DNA from: Felis catus | Taxonomy: Eukaryota | DNA length: 64,000 bases | Reading direction: 5' to 3' | Assembly (NCBI RefSeq): GCF_018350175.1 | Contig: NC_058368.1 | Location: 211,236,001-211,300,000, forward strand | Part shown: positions 39,381 through 50,025 of the stretch, in pieces | How the letters are laid out: each line of letters starts with the position of its first letter | Position numbering within the stretch: the stretch's first letter is position 1 | Translations under genes and position numbers: made by a program | The notes under the pieces: generated by a model | What the model was told of the DNA's origin: nothing | The model's database searches: none | The model's input: only the letters and a program-made list of their open reading frames with translations

Positions 39381-40644
39381 AGGATCTAGTCTCTGGGGGA
39401 AACGGCTTGGACAGAGCCCTGCATCAGCTGCGAGAAGGGCATCTCTCCAACTCCAGCCGTCTTTCTGCTTCCTACCTCACCTAAGGGAGGAAGAAAAGAA
39501 CACAGCCAAGGTTTCAGCTGCCTCGAGAGAGTGCTGTTGAGAGCATCTGGGTGGGACACCTGAGAGATGGAGATTCTAAGAAAGAATCCAGTGAATCTAG
39601 TTAAGGCCCCTATGTAAAACTTCCAAGACTCCAGCGGGTAGAGGTAGAGACCTACCGGTCTCGTGGCTGCCACCCAGGACAAGCCTCTTAAGTGACCCCC
39701 CTCGCATCAAACATGCCACCTAGAAATCTGGAGCGGCCTGCCTCTTCCATCAGTCTGTCCGCGCCCTCCGCATACAGGGGCTAGTTTGTGAACCAACACC
39801 TTTTCCCCACCAAGCTCCACCTGCCCTCGTTGCTGTCCCCACTTGTCACTGCCACGCCCAGGCACACGGGCTCCTGGGCCACAGCGGTGGAAAACCTGGG
39901 AAAGAGATACTTATAGCAGCCCGGATGGGTCTTAAAAAAAATAGCTGTGAGCGAAAAAGAAAGCATACATTTAGATAAACTAAAAGGGCCTCTGCTGCAA
40001 ACATTATAGACATTTCCCAAGAGTACAAAGCAACAGAAAGACATATATTAACCCCATGAAATAGTTGCCCATGGAGATTCAGGGCGGGGTCAGCAGGAGT
40101 GCCAAGTGGGAATTTCAGAAATTGAAATATAATAAAATTAAAACACCCTAACTCCTCAGCTCTCCCCTTCTTGCCCTATTCAGATGCACAGTTGTCCAGG
40201 CCCTTCCTCACTATTGGGTTCCCTTCTCCTTCCCTGGAGAGTGCCAACTCCCTTCACTTTTGTCCTCCTTCTCTTCCAGGAGAACCCCAATACCAACACC
40301 CATTTCTTTACCCACTCCATGCACATCCTCCTTCTCTCTCTCTCTTATTCACACCCCTTATTTCTCAATCTCTATCCCCTTCAACGATACCTTGAGCCTT
40401 CCCCACAGCCACCACCACCCTCACAGAGAGACGTGCGTCCTGATGAGAACCTGCTGGAACACAAAACTAACAAAACTAGTCCAGAAGACCTATACTTTGT
40501 CTGCCCTCCTTCTTTCTCCTGTCTCCCACTTCGTTTTCTTTTCTCTGCCCTAAGGCACCGGTGTCTGCCCTGGAAGCTCTGGGGCTTGGCCCAAGTGAAG
40601 GCAGCAACCGCTCCAGAACCCCCCTCGAGCTCCTCCCCTTCTGT

Positions 40645-40665
40645 CCTAAACTCAAAGTCCATCTG
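40645..40665 (+). promoter_or_regulatory. AGXT2: HNF4-type motif CAAAGTCCA (40653-40661) in the probable AGXT2 core promoter
   Basis: Exact HNF4-specific core about 70 bp upstream of the ancestral start position. AGXT2 is a kidney/liver gene reported to be HNF4A-dependent. Confidence 0.65.
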
Positions 40666-40732
40666 GCCAGTGAGCAGTTCGAGCCCTTCCCCCGACCTGC
40701 TTCCACAGGTACTGGCTCCCTGGCTGGGAGGG

Positions 40733-40820
40733 AGGACTCCCGCCGGGAGACACTTGCTGAGAGCTTTGCACCTGCAGACCTCCTCTTCCAGGATCCCCAA
40801 GATGTGCCCTTCCTTGAGCC
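40733..40820 (+). CDS. AGXT2: AGXT2 exon 1 coding-homologous part (88 bp): RTPAGRHLLRALHLQTSSSRIPKMCPSLS. The ancestral ATG position reads AGG; the first in-frame ATG is at 40802
   Basis: Colinear with human MTLIWRHLLRPLCLVTSAPRILEMHPFLS (recalled); donor C|gtgagt at 40821; phase 1 fits exon 2. Confidence 0.85.
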
Positions 40821-41254
40821 GTGAGTGGAAACCAGGGGCACGGGGGTGAGCCGAGGGTTGGCGAGAGGGGCTGGGCTGGGCTCAGAGTCTGTGGCCTGGG
40901 ATTCTGGGATTAGGCCGGCAAGGGGGCTTGGATTCAGGCCATCTGACAGAGCGATCCTTCCCCGAGCAGCCCCATGCCCCCTGTCCGTGCCCAGTATTTT
41001 TCAGGGCCTGCTCTTGCCCTGAAATGAAACCCATGGATAACAAAACCCAACTATGCACAATTTCAGAATGAAAACAATGAGGTATTTTAGCTGTAATATA
41101 AAGAAGAAATGAAAGCAATTCAAAATTAAGCATTAACTGCAATAAGCAGATACTCAAGGATGATGACTTCAAAAGACACAAAGCCTCCTCATGAATGTCC
41201 ACCATGCCCCAGGAGGTAGTATCATCGCCTCAAGCACCCACCTACAGTGCCTAG

Positions 41255-41370
41255 CCTGCGGGGATTCTCTCTCTCCCTCTCTTTCTCTCTCCCTTGCCTG
41301 CACATGCTCTTGCTCTCTCTGTCTCTCTCTGTCTCTCTCTCAAAATAAATAAACTTAAAAAATAAATACA
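41255..41370 (+). mobile_element. 5'-truncated CAN-SINE (CT tract and tail only)
   Basis: GCCTGCGGGGATTCTCTCTCTCCC..CTCTCTCAAAATAAATAAAC. Confidence 0.75.
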
Positions 41371-43084
41371 TAAAGGTTACCTAATACACTAGGCAGGAAT
41401 AAGGCATAGTTAGCACTTTAATAAATCACCTTAATGTTCTATGAACTATGTCCATTGTGTATTTTCAAATATTCCTTCCTTCCTCTTCCCTCCCTCCCTC
41501 CCTTCCTTCCTCCCTTCCTTCCTTGCTTCCAACATGAGTTTATGTATTTCATTTGGAGCTCTCACTCCACCGTCACATTCCATTCAGTTAGGTGAACCAA
41601 TGACTGAATCGACCTGCCTTGACTGTTTAAAATCTAGGCTCTTCTTTATGCAGTCCTTCTTCCCAACTCTGTCCCCACTGCCAGCCTACTATCAGAGTTG
41701 CTATAGGTTTGGAGTCAAGAGAGCTTCCAGCCTTCTCAATGGGCTGCTTCAATTGTGCAGGCAGGAAAATATGGGACTGAAGGAGTGAAGGGAATTTGAA
41801 TTCGTAGAAACACTCGGTCTATTTCGTTGCCGTTTCGGAAGAGTAATTAATGTAGAGAGACACAATGAAAAGCTTTTCAAAAGGTGAAATTCCCAGAAAA
41901 CTTAAGGTGTTATTTTTTTCTCATTTCTTTGCTGGCTAGCCGAAAGCCATTTGTTTTTAAAGTAAGAGCAAATTAATGACATTAGTGATTATTTAAAGCA
42001 GAAAAGTGAATGGGATCTCTTTGAAAGAAAACACATTCAGAGCTTTTCCTTTCCAGCTTCATTTAAAACACAATTGTTCATTGTGTTTCTCGGGACTGTG
42101 ACTTCACAGCCACACAAAATACCAACATTTCATCTACCGATTCAGACCTTTATGCTGAGTAAGAGACATCATTTTCTCAGCTCTCTCCACATGTAATATT
42201 ATCTTGACACTGACCTTAAGTCTTCAAAATTAGCTGTATTCTTTTCCACAAGGTTTCTAGACGTCTCTTCCCACTGTGATATTCTTTAACTCTATTGTCC
42301 CATCCCACTGCTATACACAGGTCAAGATCTGTGCTGGAAAGGAAGGGCGAAAGTGGCCAATGAATGAGAAGTAGGCTGGGAGCCTGAAATTTGGAGTTTC
42401 ACTCTTGTTCTGCAGCTAGCTAGCTTGGCAAACTTAAGCAAATTAATTTACCACTTGGGTCTGCCTTCCTCGTCTAGAACATAAGCATTTTGATGACAAA
42501 AACCTGAGGCCCCTTCCAGCCCCAAATATTAAGTGATTCCTCTGACTGACCTCATCTTTGCTTTGCCACGGTCTGGTCTTGGGTCCTCATGGTCTTTGTG
42601 TTGTGTTCGGGAGGAAAGTCTTTGTGTTGTGTTTTGTCTTGCACATCGCTATGCACGCATTTGTTATTACGGGACACTGCCTGGCGCCTGACTCTCCTGA
42701 TTCTCTACAAGACTAGTCAACAGCCATTCGTTCACTGTTTACGGAGAGCCAACCTGGTGTCAGGAACTGAAATTGGCACCAGGATTCAGGCACCAAGCAG
42801 CTCAAAGCTTAGAAAGCACCTCTATTGACACGGACGATATATTCGATCCATGCACCACAGTGGCAGCAGTCTGACCAACTGAAGAGAGAGATTAGTCCAC
42901 CTGGCAGGGTGTGGGGGGAGATTGTGAGGGACCTCAGTGGGAAAAACGATGGCTTCTTCCAATATCCCCCATGATTTCTTTTTTTACTATAGTTGAAAGA
43001 AATTCTCCTTTTTTCCTCCAGAAAATGTGTTATTGAGATACCTTAGTTTTTAAGTCCTAACTAAATGTCTATTCGAAGTATTTT

Positions 43085-43315
43085 TTAATTTATTTTATTT
43101 ATTTATTTTTTTAACGTTTTTATTTATTTTTGAGACAGGGAGAGACAGAGTATGAACAGGGCAGGGTCAGAGAGAGGGAGACACAGAATCTGAAACAGGC
43201 TCCAGGCTCTGAGCTGTCAGCACAGAGCCCGACGCAGGGCTCGAACTCACGGACCGCGAGATCATGACCTGAGCTGAAGTCGGCCGCTTAGCCGACTGAG
43301 CCACCCAGGCGCCCC
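43085..43315 (-). mobile_element. CAN-SINE (SINEC_Fc-like), antisense, AGXT2 intron 1
   Basis: Reverse-complement head GAGCCACCCAGGCGCCCC; TSD GAAGTATTTTTT on both sides. Confidence 0.95.
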
Positions 43316-43456
43316 TGAAGTATTTTTTTTTTTTAACTAAGAAATAAACGAAATTGCCTAAGGGTCTTGATTCAGATTACTTAGTATAGGTGATTTTTAC
43401 AAGCAGGCTAGTTTGCTGTTCAACTGTGGGCCCTAAGTTCACTTTACCCTTAATAG

Positions 43457-43542
43457 GTGCTTTCTGGACGTCTGTGACCAAGCTTGGTCTCCACACAAAA
43501 CCCAGAATGCCTCCATGTGACTTCACACCTGAAAAATACCAG
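43457..43542 (+). CDS. AGXT2: AGXT2 exon 2 (86 bp): (R)[28 protein letters not shown]
   Basis: cccttaatag| acceptor, CAG|gtaaga donor; matches AGXT2 [11 protein letters not shown]. Confidence 0.92.
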
Positions 43543-43885
43543 GTAAGAGTCAAAATTTTAGGGAAACCCAAGAGGGTGGTTCTTCTTGAAAGGGCAAAAT
43601 TGTTTCCTCGAGAAAAACCCACCAAGGTCCTGCCTGCCCCTTAGCCAGGGCATCCTAGATATTCTACCTACAAGTCACTAGGAGCATCCGAACCCTCTTA
43701 CTCTGCTCTGTGCTGCTGCATGAATGGGTGTGTGTGAGAGAGAGACACAGAGCAGAGACTGAGCGACCTAGAGTATGAGAAAGAGACGATCCATCTGTAT
43801 CACAAGGACACAGATGTAGACACACACACACAAATACATATATCACATTTGTGGTGCCACAGATTTGCTTTTTAAAATGTTCTAG

Positions 43886-44140
43886 GGGCACATGTGGGGC
43901 TCAGTCGGTTAAGTGCTTGACTCGTGATCTCAGCTCAGGTCACGACCTCACAGTTTGTGAGTTCGAGCCCCGCATCATGCTCTCTGCTGCCAGTGCGGAG
44001 CCAGCTCCAGATTCTCTGTCCACAAACCCCTCTCTGCCCCTCCCCATTCTCTCTCTCTCTCTCTCTCTCTCTTGCTCTATCTGTCTCTCTCTCACACACA
44101 CACACACAGACACACACACAGACACACAAATAAATAAAAA
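43886..44140 (+). mobile_element. CAN-SINE with (CT)n(CA)n tail
   Basis: GGGGCACATGTGGGGCTCAGTCGGTTAAG head, GAGTTCGAGCCCC B-box. Confidence 0.9.
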
Positions 44141-44157
44141 CATTTAAAAACATTTTT

Positions 44158-44332
44158 AAATATAATTTATTGTCAAATTGGTTTCCATACAACACCCAGT
44201 GCTCATCCCAACGGGTGCCCTCCTCAATGCCCATCACCCACTTTCTCCTCTCCCCTACCCTCCCCCCCCATCTATCCTTAGTTTGTTCTCAGTCCTTAAG
44301 AGTCTCTTATGGTTTGCCTCCCTCCCTCTCTG
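44158..44332 (-). mobile_element. About 175-bp L1 3' end inserted into the SINE tail
   Basis: TTTATTGTCAAATTGGTTTCCATACAACACCCAGTGCTC..; TSD TAAAAACATTTTT at 44145-44157 and 44333-44345. Confidence 0.9.
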
Positions 44333-44370
44333 TAAAAACATTTTTAAAAAGCAAAATAAAATATTGCTCT

Positions 44371-44565
44371 GGGAGCATCTGGGTGGCTCAGTCATTTAAG
44401 CCTCCAACTCTTGATTTCGGCTCAGGTCATGATCTCACAGTTTCATGAGTTGGATCTCCACATCAGGCTCTGCACCAACAGAGCACATCTCTCATCCTCC
44501 CCCACTCACTCTCTCTGTCTCTCTCTCAGAATAAATAAATAAACTGTAAAAATAAATAAATAAAA
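44371..44565 (+). mobile_element. CAN-SINE (internally deleted)
   Basis: GGGAGCATCTGGGTGGCTCAGTC head, TCAGGTCATGATCTCACAG, (TAAA)n tail. Confidence 0.88.
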
Positions 44566-45272
44566 TGTTGTTCTGATTTTGATTACCTCATATGGCACTA
44601 CGCGATCTGACCTTCACGAGTCCTTCCCTCCAAACTAGGAAGTTATAATTTTGCTCTCAGACTAAGAAATATCAGGCGCTCTCATGCTCTCTCTCCCACT
44701 GTCTATCCACCCTCCCTTCCTCCCTCCCTTCTTTTCCATACCCTTTATTCTACATGACACTCACAGATTAGAAATTGTAGATTCAGCAGTCGGGACGGGC
44801 CCACAAAGAAGAGCGGTATAGGAGAAAGTTTTGATAATTAAAGACATGAACACCACCAGCGCCTCCTTTGTTTATTCTCAAAAAAAACTGCAGGGAAAAA
44901 AAGAAAGAGAGTCAAGACATTACTGCAGACATTTACTTCCAAAGTCTTTTTATTTTATTCTACAGCTAAAAGGAATTCAAAGACAAGACTTTCCATTTAG
45001 AGGTAGAATATTTCAGCCTCCTTCTTCCATGTATGATCTAGAAAGGGATCAAAGGGACACATTAATAATGTCCTGTACTTGAGAGAAAGGACCTGGGGCA
45101 AAGAGGGAACATGGGGCAAATACAGCCACTTGTGGGCACATCACAGCAGCCTAATGCTCGGTCAGTAGAGAGGCAAGGCACACGGCATGTGACCTGCTGT
45201 TGATCTTGTAAGAAATGTGGAGCTCTTAAGGAAAAGGGAGATCTTAAACACTGAAATCTTGCCTTTTCGCAG

Positions 45273-45457
45273 TCCCTCGCCTATGACCGCGTCCTGGAGG
45301 TCCACAGGCTGCATCTTCCTCCTGTCCCGACTGCATATTTTCCGAAGCCTTTGCTGCTCCACCAGGGTCATATGCAATGGCTATTTGACCATGAGGGAAA
45401 CAGATACCTGGATTGCTTTTCTGGGATTGTCACCGTCAGTGTTGGTCACTGCCACCC
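45273..45457 (+). CDS. AGXT2: AGXT2 exon 3 (185 bp): [61 protein letters not shown](P)
   Basis: ttttcgcag| acceptor, |gtgagt donor; class-III aminotransferase G..YLD..SG....GH.HP motif. Confidence 0.97.
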
Positions 45458-48130
45458 GTGAGTGTCCTCAAATTCCAGTCTTTTTACTCCAGAAGAATAT
45501 ATGGAGTACAGGCTAATGCTCATGTTCATGATCCAGAACTCTGGTTAAAAATTCTCTCTCCTTAGGCATATCCCAGTTTCTGGCTGACACGCTCCCTGCT
45601 ATTTCCTGGGTAACAAAAAAATCTTCGCACCGCACTTTCTGTTTTCTTGACAAGGCAAAGGTTATTCATTCCCAGGCAGCATGGCGTGTACCACGTGATG
45701 GGAGCATTGCTGTGTATGTGTGTGTTTGCCCTCGCTAGAAACAGCTTCCCAAAGAAAGGCAACACACTGAGGAATAGGCAGAAAGAAAGGAAGGGAGGCA
45801 GTTCTCAGAGAGCCATGGGGCAGGTGTGTGGGGTGTGGGGTGATGAAATGAGAAATCACTTCTAGCCTAAGGCTCTCCATCACCCCTGACTGATAGATGA
45901 GGCAAGAAAAGATGGTAAGAGAAAGATGGAATCAGAGCTGGAAATTTACATTAGAAACATATGGATGCATCAATCCTAAGATTCTCTGGATCTTTGGTCA
46001 TCAGTGCACCCACACAAATGTTCTCGGCAGGGTCTTCTGTGGTCCTCTTGGTTTTGATGCCATTATCTCATTTTAATGCCTATTTTTCTCTTGTCTTTCA
46101 TAATCTGACCAACTAAACTCACGTGAAGCGGGACCAAAATAAAGCAGCAAGCCAAAATGAATTGAATAAATTTGGGTCCTTCTGTCAAAAGTAGGAGCAA
46201 AGGGTCTTCTGGAGCCGCTGTCGGGTGGTAGGAGTGAGTTGTAATCCCAGGGTCTGGCCTCACCAATTCCTCCCACAGCCTTCCTATTTCTGTCTCCGGG
46301 AGTCACTGGTCCCATGCGAGGTTCTAAGGAGCATGTAAAATAAAATTCTGGTGCAGTCTAAAACATACAATAAACACACATGAAGGAAGGAAAAGATAAA
46401 CAAAGTAGTGAAACGTTTTACACGTTCTCATGAATAATGTTGGCATCGTCCCCGTTAGTCCACCACTCACTGCTTTCATGACCTCTGTGCTTCTCCTGAT
46501 CTCCCTCTGACCCCCTGACTCAAGGGGCCCCAGCTTCTTCCCTTCACCCTCTGCTCTTCTCTCTATACCCTCTTCGTGCATTAATACTCTGCCCATAGTC
46601 TCAGCTCCACCCCTTTTCCCCATCCTGATCATTTTGTGACATTTTCAGCAGCCTCCCCCAACTCTCTCTTTCCTCTTGCTCCCTCGCCAAGCTACTATAA
46701 TAACTCTAATAAGCCCAGAGTGGGCATTAAGGCGCCCCACATTTCCTGCAGCCTCCAGGACACCCCCCCACACACACACCCCATGATATTCCACCATCAG
46801 CTAAAATCCAACATTAGCGCCAAATCCATCAAACCCTCTACTATAATATTTCTATTTCCATATTCATGTATTCAAAGTGCACAAGTGAGCCTCCTACCAT
46901 GTGAAGGAGCTGGGCGGCCACTGGCTGCATGTCTCAACTAATCCATGAGTTTCCCCAATGTTACAGGCAAGAATGGTGAAGTCATCTTTGACTCTTCCCT
47001 GCCCAGAGGCAACCTGATACTGAGATCTAGCTTTCCCTCCACTGAAATGCCTCTCCTACTGGCCCCTACTGGTTCCCACCAAGCCCAGTCTCTAGAACCT
47101 CTCTTTCTGGCACACCTGGAAGGCTACCTTGTCCTTATGACTGGATTCACCATTACCAGTCTTACCCTTTTCAATCTACCCTCATGGGACTCACATATTT
47201 ACTTTGCAAAAAAAAACGCTTTCGTCAATTATCTGTTAACTGTAAGAGTTCATTGATTGTCTGCAATTTTCTAAAATGAGTCATAAAACCCAGACCACAG
47301 GAGAAGTTAGTTGGTAAAGGGCCCCATGAAAAAATAAATTTTAAAAACCCTGTAAACTCCATCTCCCTCCTGGGGAGAAATAGTATGTATTTGTCTAATA
47401 AAAGCACTGGCAAGTCCTGCAGTAAAGAAATCTGTTTGAACTGGTACTTCTCAAAATCACTTAATCATTATTTATTTAACCACTTCACTGATTCTTTTTT
47501 GAGAGAAAATTATTAGTAACAAACAGAACTGGTGTGTACCTTTAGCCATTGATGCCCTTTGGATCAAGTTTAAACATCCTGGCTTATGTTTTCAAGGCAT
47601 TCCTAGTCAGGTCCTACCTCTCTATGTACCCTAAGTTCTTACTATCCCTCAACGCCAACCTTCTGATCCTTCACAGGATATGGTTTCATAGTTACAAAGC
47701 GTTCATCCAAAGTGACCACTATTAGGAAGCAGATATTGGAATCTCCTCTGAAGGAAGAAGGCCTGCTCTTGTACACATGTGTTTGATGTATCTGTAACTT
47801 TTAGAAGAATAAAATGAAAAGACACCTGGGCTTAGATATAGTCCTCTTTAGTTTGGAAACTGTTCAAAGGGTATTTAATAAGAAATCCTAATCAGAAGAG
47901 AATCTATGTCCCAAACTCCCTCCTAAAATAGGACTTTCTTTTCTAAAATCTGTAAGGGATAATCATTTGGTCTCCTTTTGAACACTTCCCTTGGCGAAGA
48001 CCCCATTACCTTTCAAGGCACCCATCCCATTGCCAGACAGCTCTACTGGTTACAGTTCTTCCTCACATGTGGATGAAACCAGCCTCTTGAAACTATTTGA
48101 GAACTAGCCATAGATTCAGGGTCAATGGCT

Positions 48131-48131
<1 letters not shown>

Positions 48132-48175
<44 letters not shown>
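48132..48175. repeat. (TG)n microsatellite about 55 bp upstream of AGXT2 exon 4
   Basis: About 21 perfect TG units. Confidence 0.95.
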
Positions 48176-48178
<3 letters not shown>

Positions 48179-48231
48179 GGAGGAACGTGCCCACTGGTTG
48201 CGCGGGGAACTCAGCTCTTGTGTTTATCCAG

Positions 48232-48355
48232 GAAGGTGAACGCAGTGGCACAAAAGCAGCTTGGACGCCTGTGGCACACAAGCGCCCTCTTTTTCCACTC
48301 TCCAGCCCATGAGTTCGCAGAGAAGCTTTTGGCACTTCTTCCAGAGCCTCTAAAG
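48232..48355 (+). CDS. AGXT2: AGXT2 exon 4 (124 bp): [41 protein letters not shown]
   Basis: tatccag| acceptor, AAG|gtatga donor; frame continuous. Confidence 0.97.
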
Positions 48356-48739
48356 GTATGATGATCCCAGCTTAAAGGAACAGGGGTCTCATGACCCCAT
48401 GAGAGCTTCCCGAGGAAGCAGGAATATGAACAGGGAATTTGGTCCACGAATCGAACATCTGAAATAGTGAGCTAATAGCCATTTCTGAGAGCAATCGAGG
48501 AGAAAGCGGGAATTATGAATTGCTGGTGAAGCCAGCCAGTGTTCACTCGTCACCTCCAAGCCTCTGCCTCTTCTCGAAGTTCTCCTCACTGCCACATCTC
48601 TGCAAAATCACTTAGCAGAAGCCCCAGCGCTCCTTTATGGACACTCTGCTCTATGTTCCTCAAGAGTTTTTCATCTCTTTGCTCCAGGGCTCCTCTACGA
48701 ATTCATTTGTATGTCTCCTGTTATAGAGTGGAGCCAATT

Positions 48740-48949
48740 TTTTTATGTTTATTTATTGATTTTTGAGAGAGACAAAGAGAGCACTAGGAAGGGAGGGACA
48801 GAGAGAGAGGGAGAGAGAGAATCCTTAGCAGGCTCTGGGCTATCAGCGCAGAGCCCGACGTGGGGCTAGATCTCACGAACCACGAGATCGTGACCTGAGC
48901 CGAAATCAAGAGTAAGACACTTAACCAACTGAGCCACGCAGGCGCCCCC
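48740..48949 (-). mobile_element. CAN-SINE, antisense
   Basis: Reverse-complement head GAGCCACGCAGGCGCCCC; TSD AGTGGAGCCA(A)TTTTTT. Confidence 0.93.
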
Positions 48950-49930
48950 AAAGTGGAGCCATTTTTTGATAAAATTAATATCTTGTTCAGTTCATTTGCT
49001 CTAAGATGCACTTAGACATTTTTTTGCTAAACGAGATGTTTTTCTGCATCAGAAATGACTGGTTTTTAACTGAATTGAGATGTTAAAACGTCGGCCAAGA
49101 TTTGCACTTCAGGATTCAATAAGTTAGTATGTATATAAGAATATACATAGTACCTGTAGATATATATAATATAGATGTATAACATGTAAATATAGTACTA
49201 TATATAATATATGTATAGTGTCCAGTACCTGGTATTGGCTTTTCTTACTATAGCTTCTCTATCTACTTCACCCTCTGCAAGAGATGAAGAAAGCTGGGCT
49301 AGAGGCAACCTAAGTCTAGCCCAGTCATGCTCACAGAGGCGCAGAAGCAGGGACATCACCAAGGACACAAGCTCATGCTTCCCAGGCCCCGAGCCCGGAG
49401 GACCCAGTTCCCTTCAGTTCTCCCCTTTCTCTTAGCCAAGAGGAGCTGCGTGTTTTGTGTGTTCGCTTGTTTTCTCAACATTAACACACACCAAACAGAC
49501 AAGCAGGGACATCCTCTGAGGCTACAGGACCAGGGAGCCTGCCTTGTCCAAGCCTTCAGAACCCTGTCGGGTGGTTGTGGTTCAGGAGCTAAGCAACCCG
49601 GTCCTCAGATCCACTCATCCACTAACCACTACATACCCTTCAGCGGGTCTCCCCATCTTGGCATTTTGTAGAGCATTGAATAAAGCCAGTGAAAGTCGAG
49701 AAGTTTCACAACTGGGACAATCCTTAGCCAATTTTGTATCTCTAGCACTTAGCAGCTGCTCACTGAAAAGCTGTAGAATTAATATAGTACTTGAGTGATA
49801 GAGCTGCTTTTCTGAAAGGAACCCTCCTTCCTAATAAGAGGCTGGGACACAGTCTTAGCAATTTTGAATTAATTGGGAAAGAAGGACATAAATTAATGTA
49901 TGAGAACTTGTGTCTTCTGTTTCCCTCCAG

Positions 49931-50025
49931 GTCATTTTCTTTGTGAACAGTGGCTCCGAAGCCAATGACCTAGCCATGCTGATGGCCAGAGCACACACAA
50001 ATCGCACAGACCTTATTGCTTTCAG
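49931..50025 (+). CDS. AGXT2: AGXT2 exon 5 (95 bp): [31 protein letters not shown](R)
   Basis: ccctccag| acceptor, AG|gtaatc donor; PLP phosphate-binding NSGSEAN motif. Confidence 0.98.
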
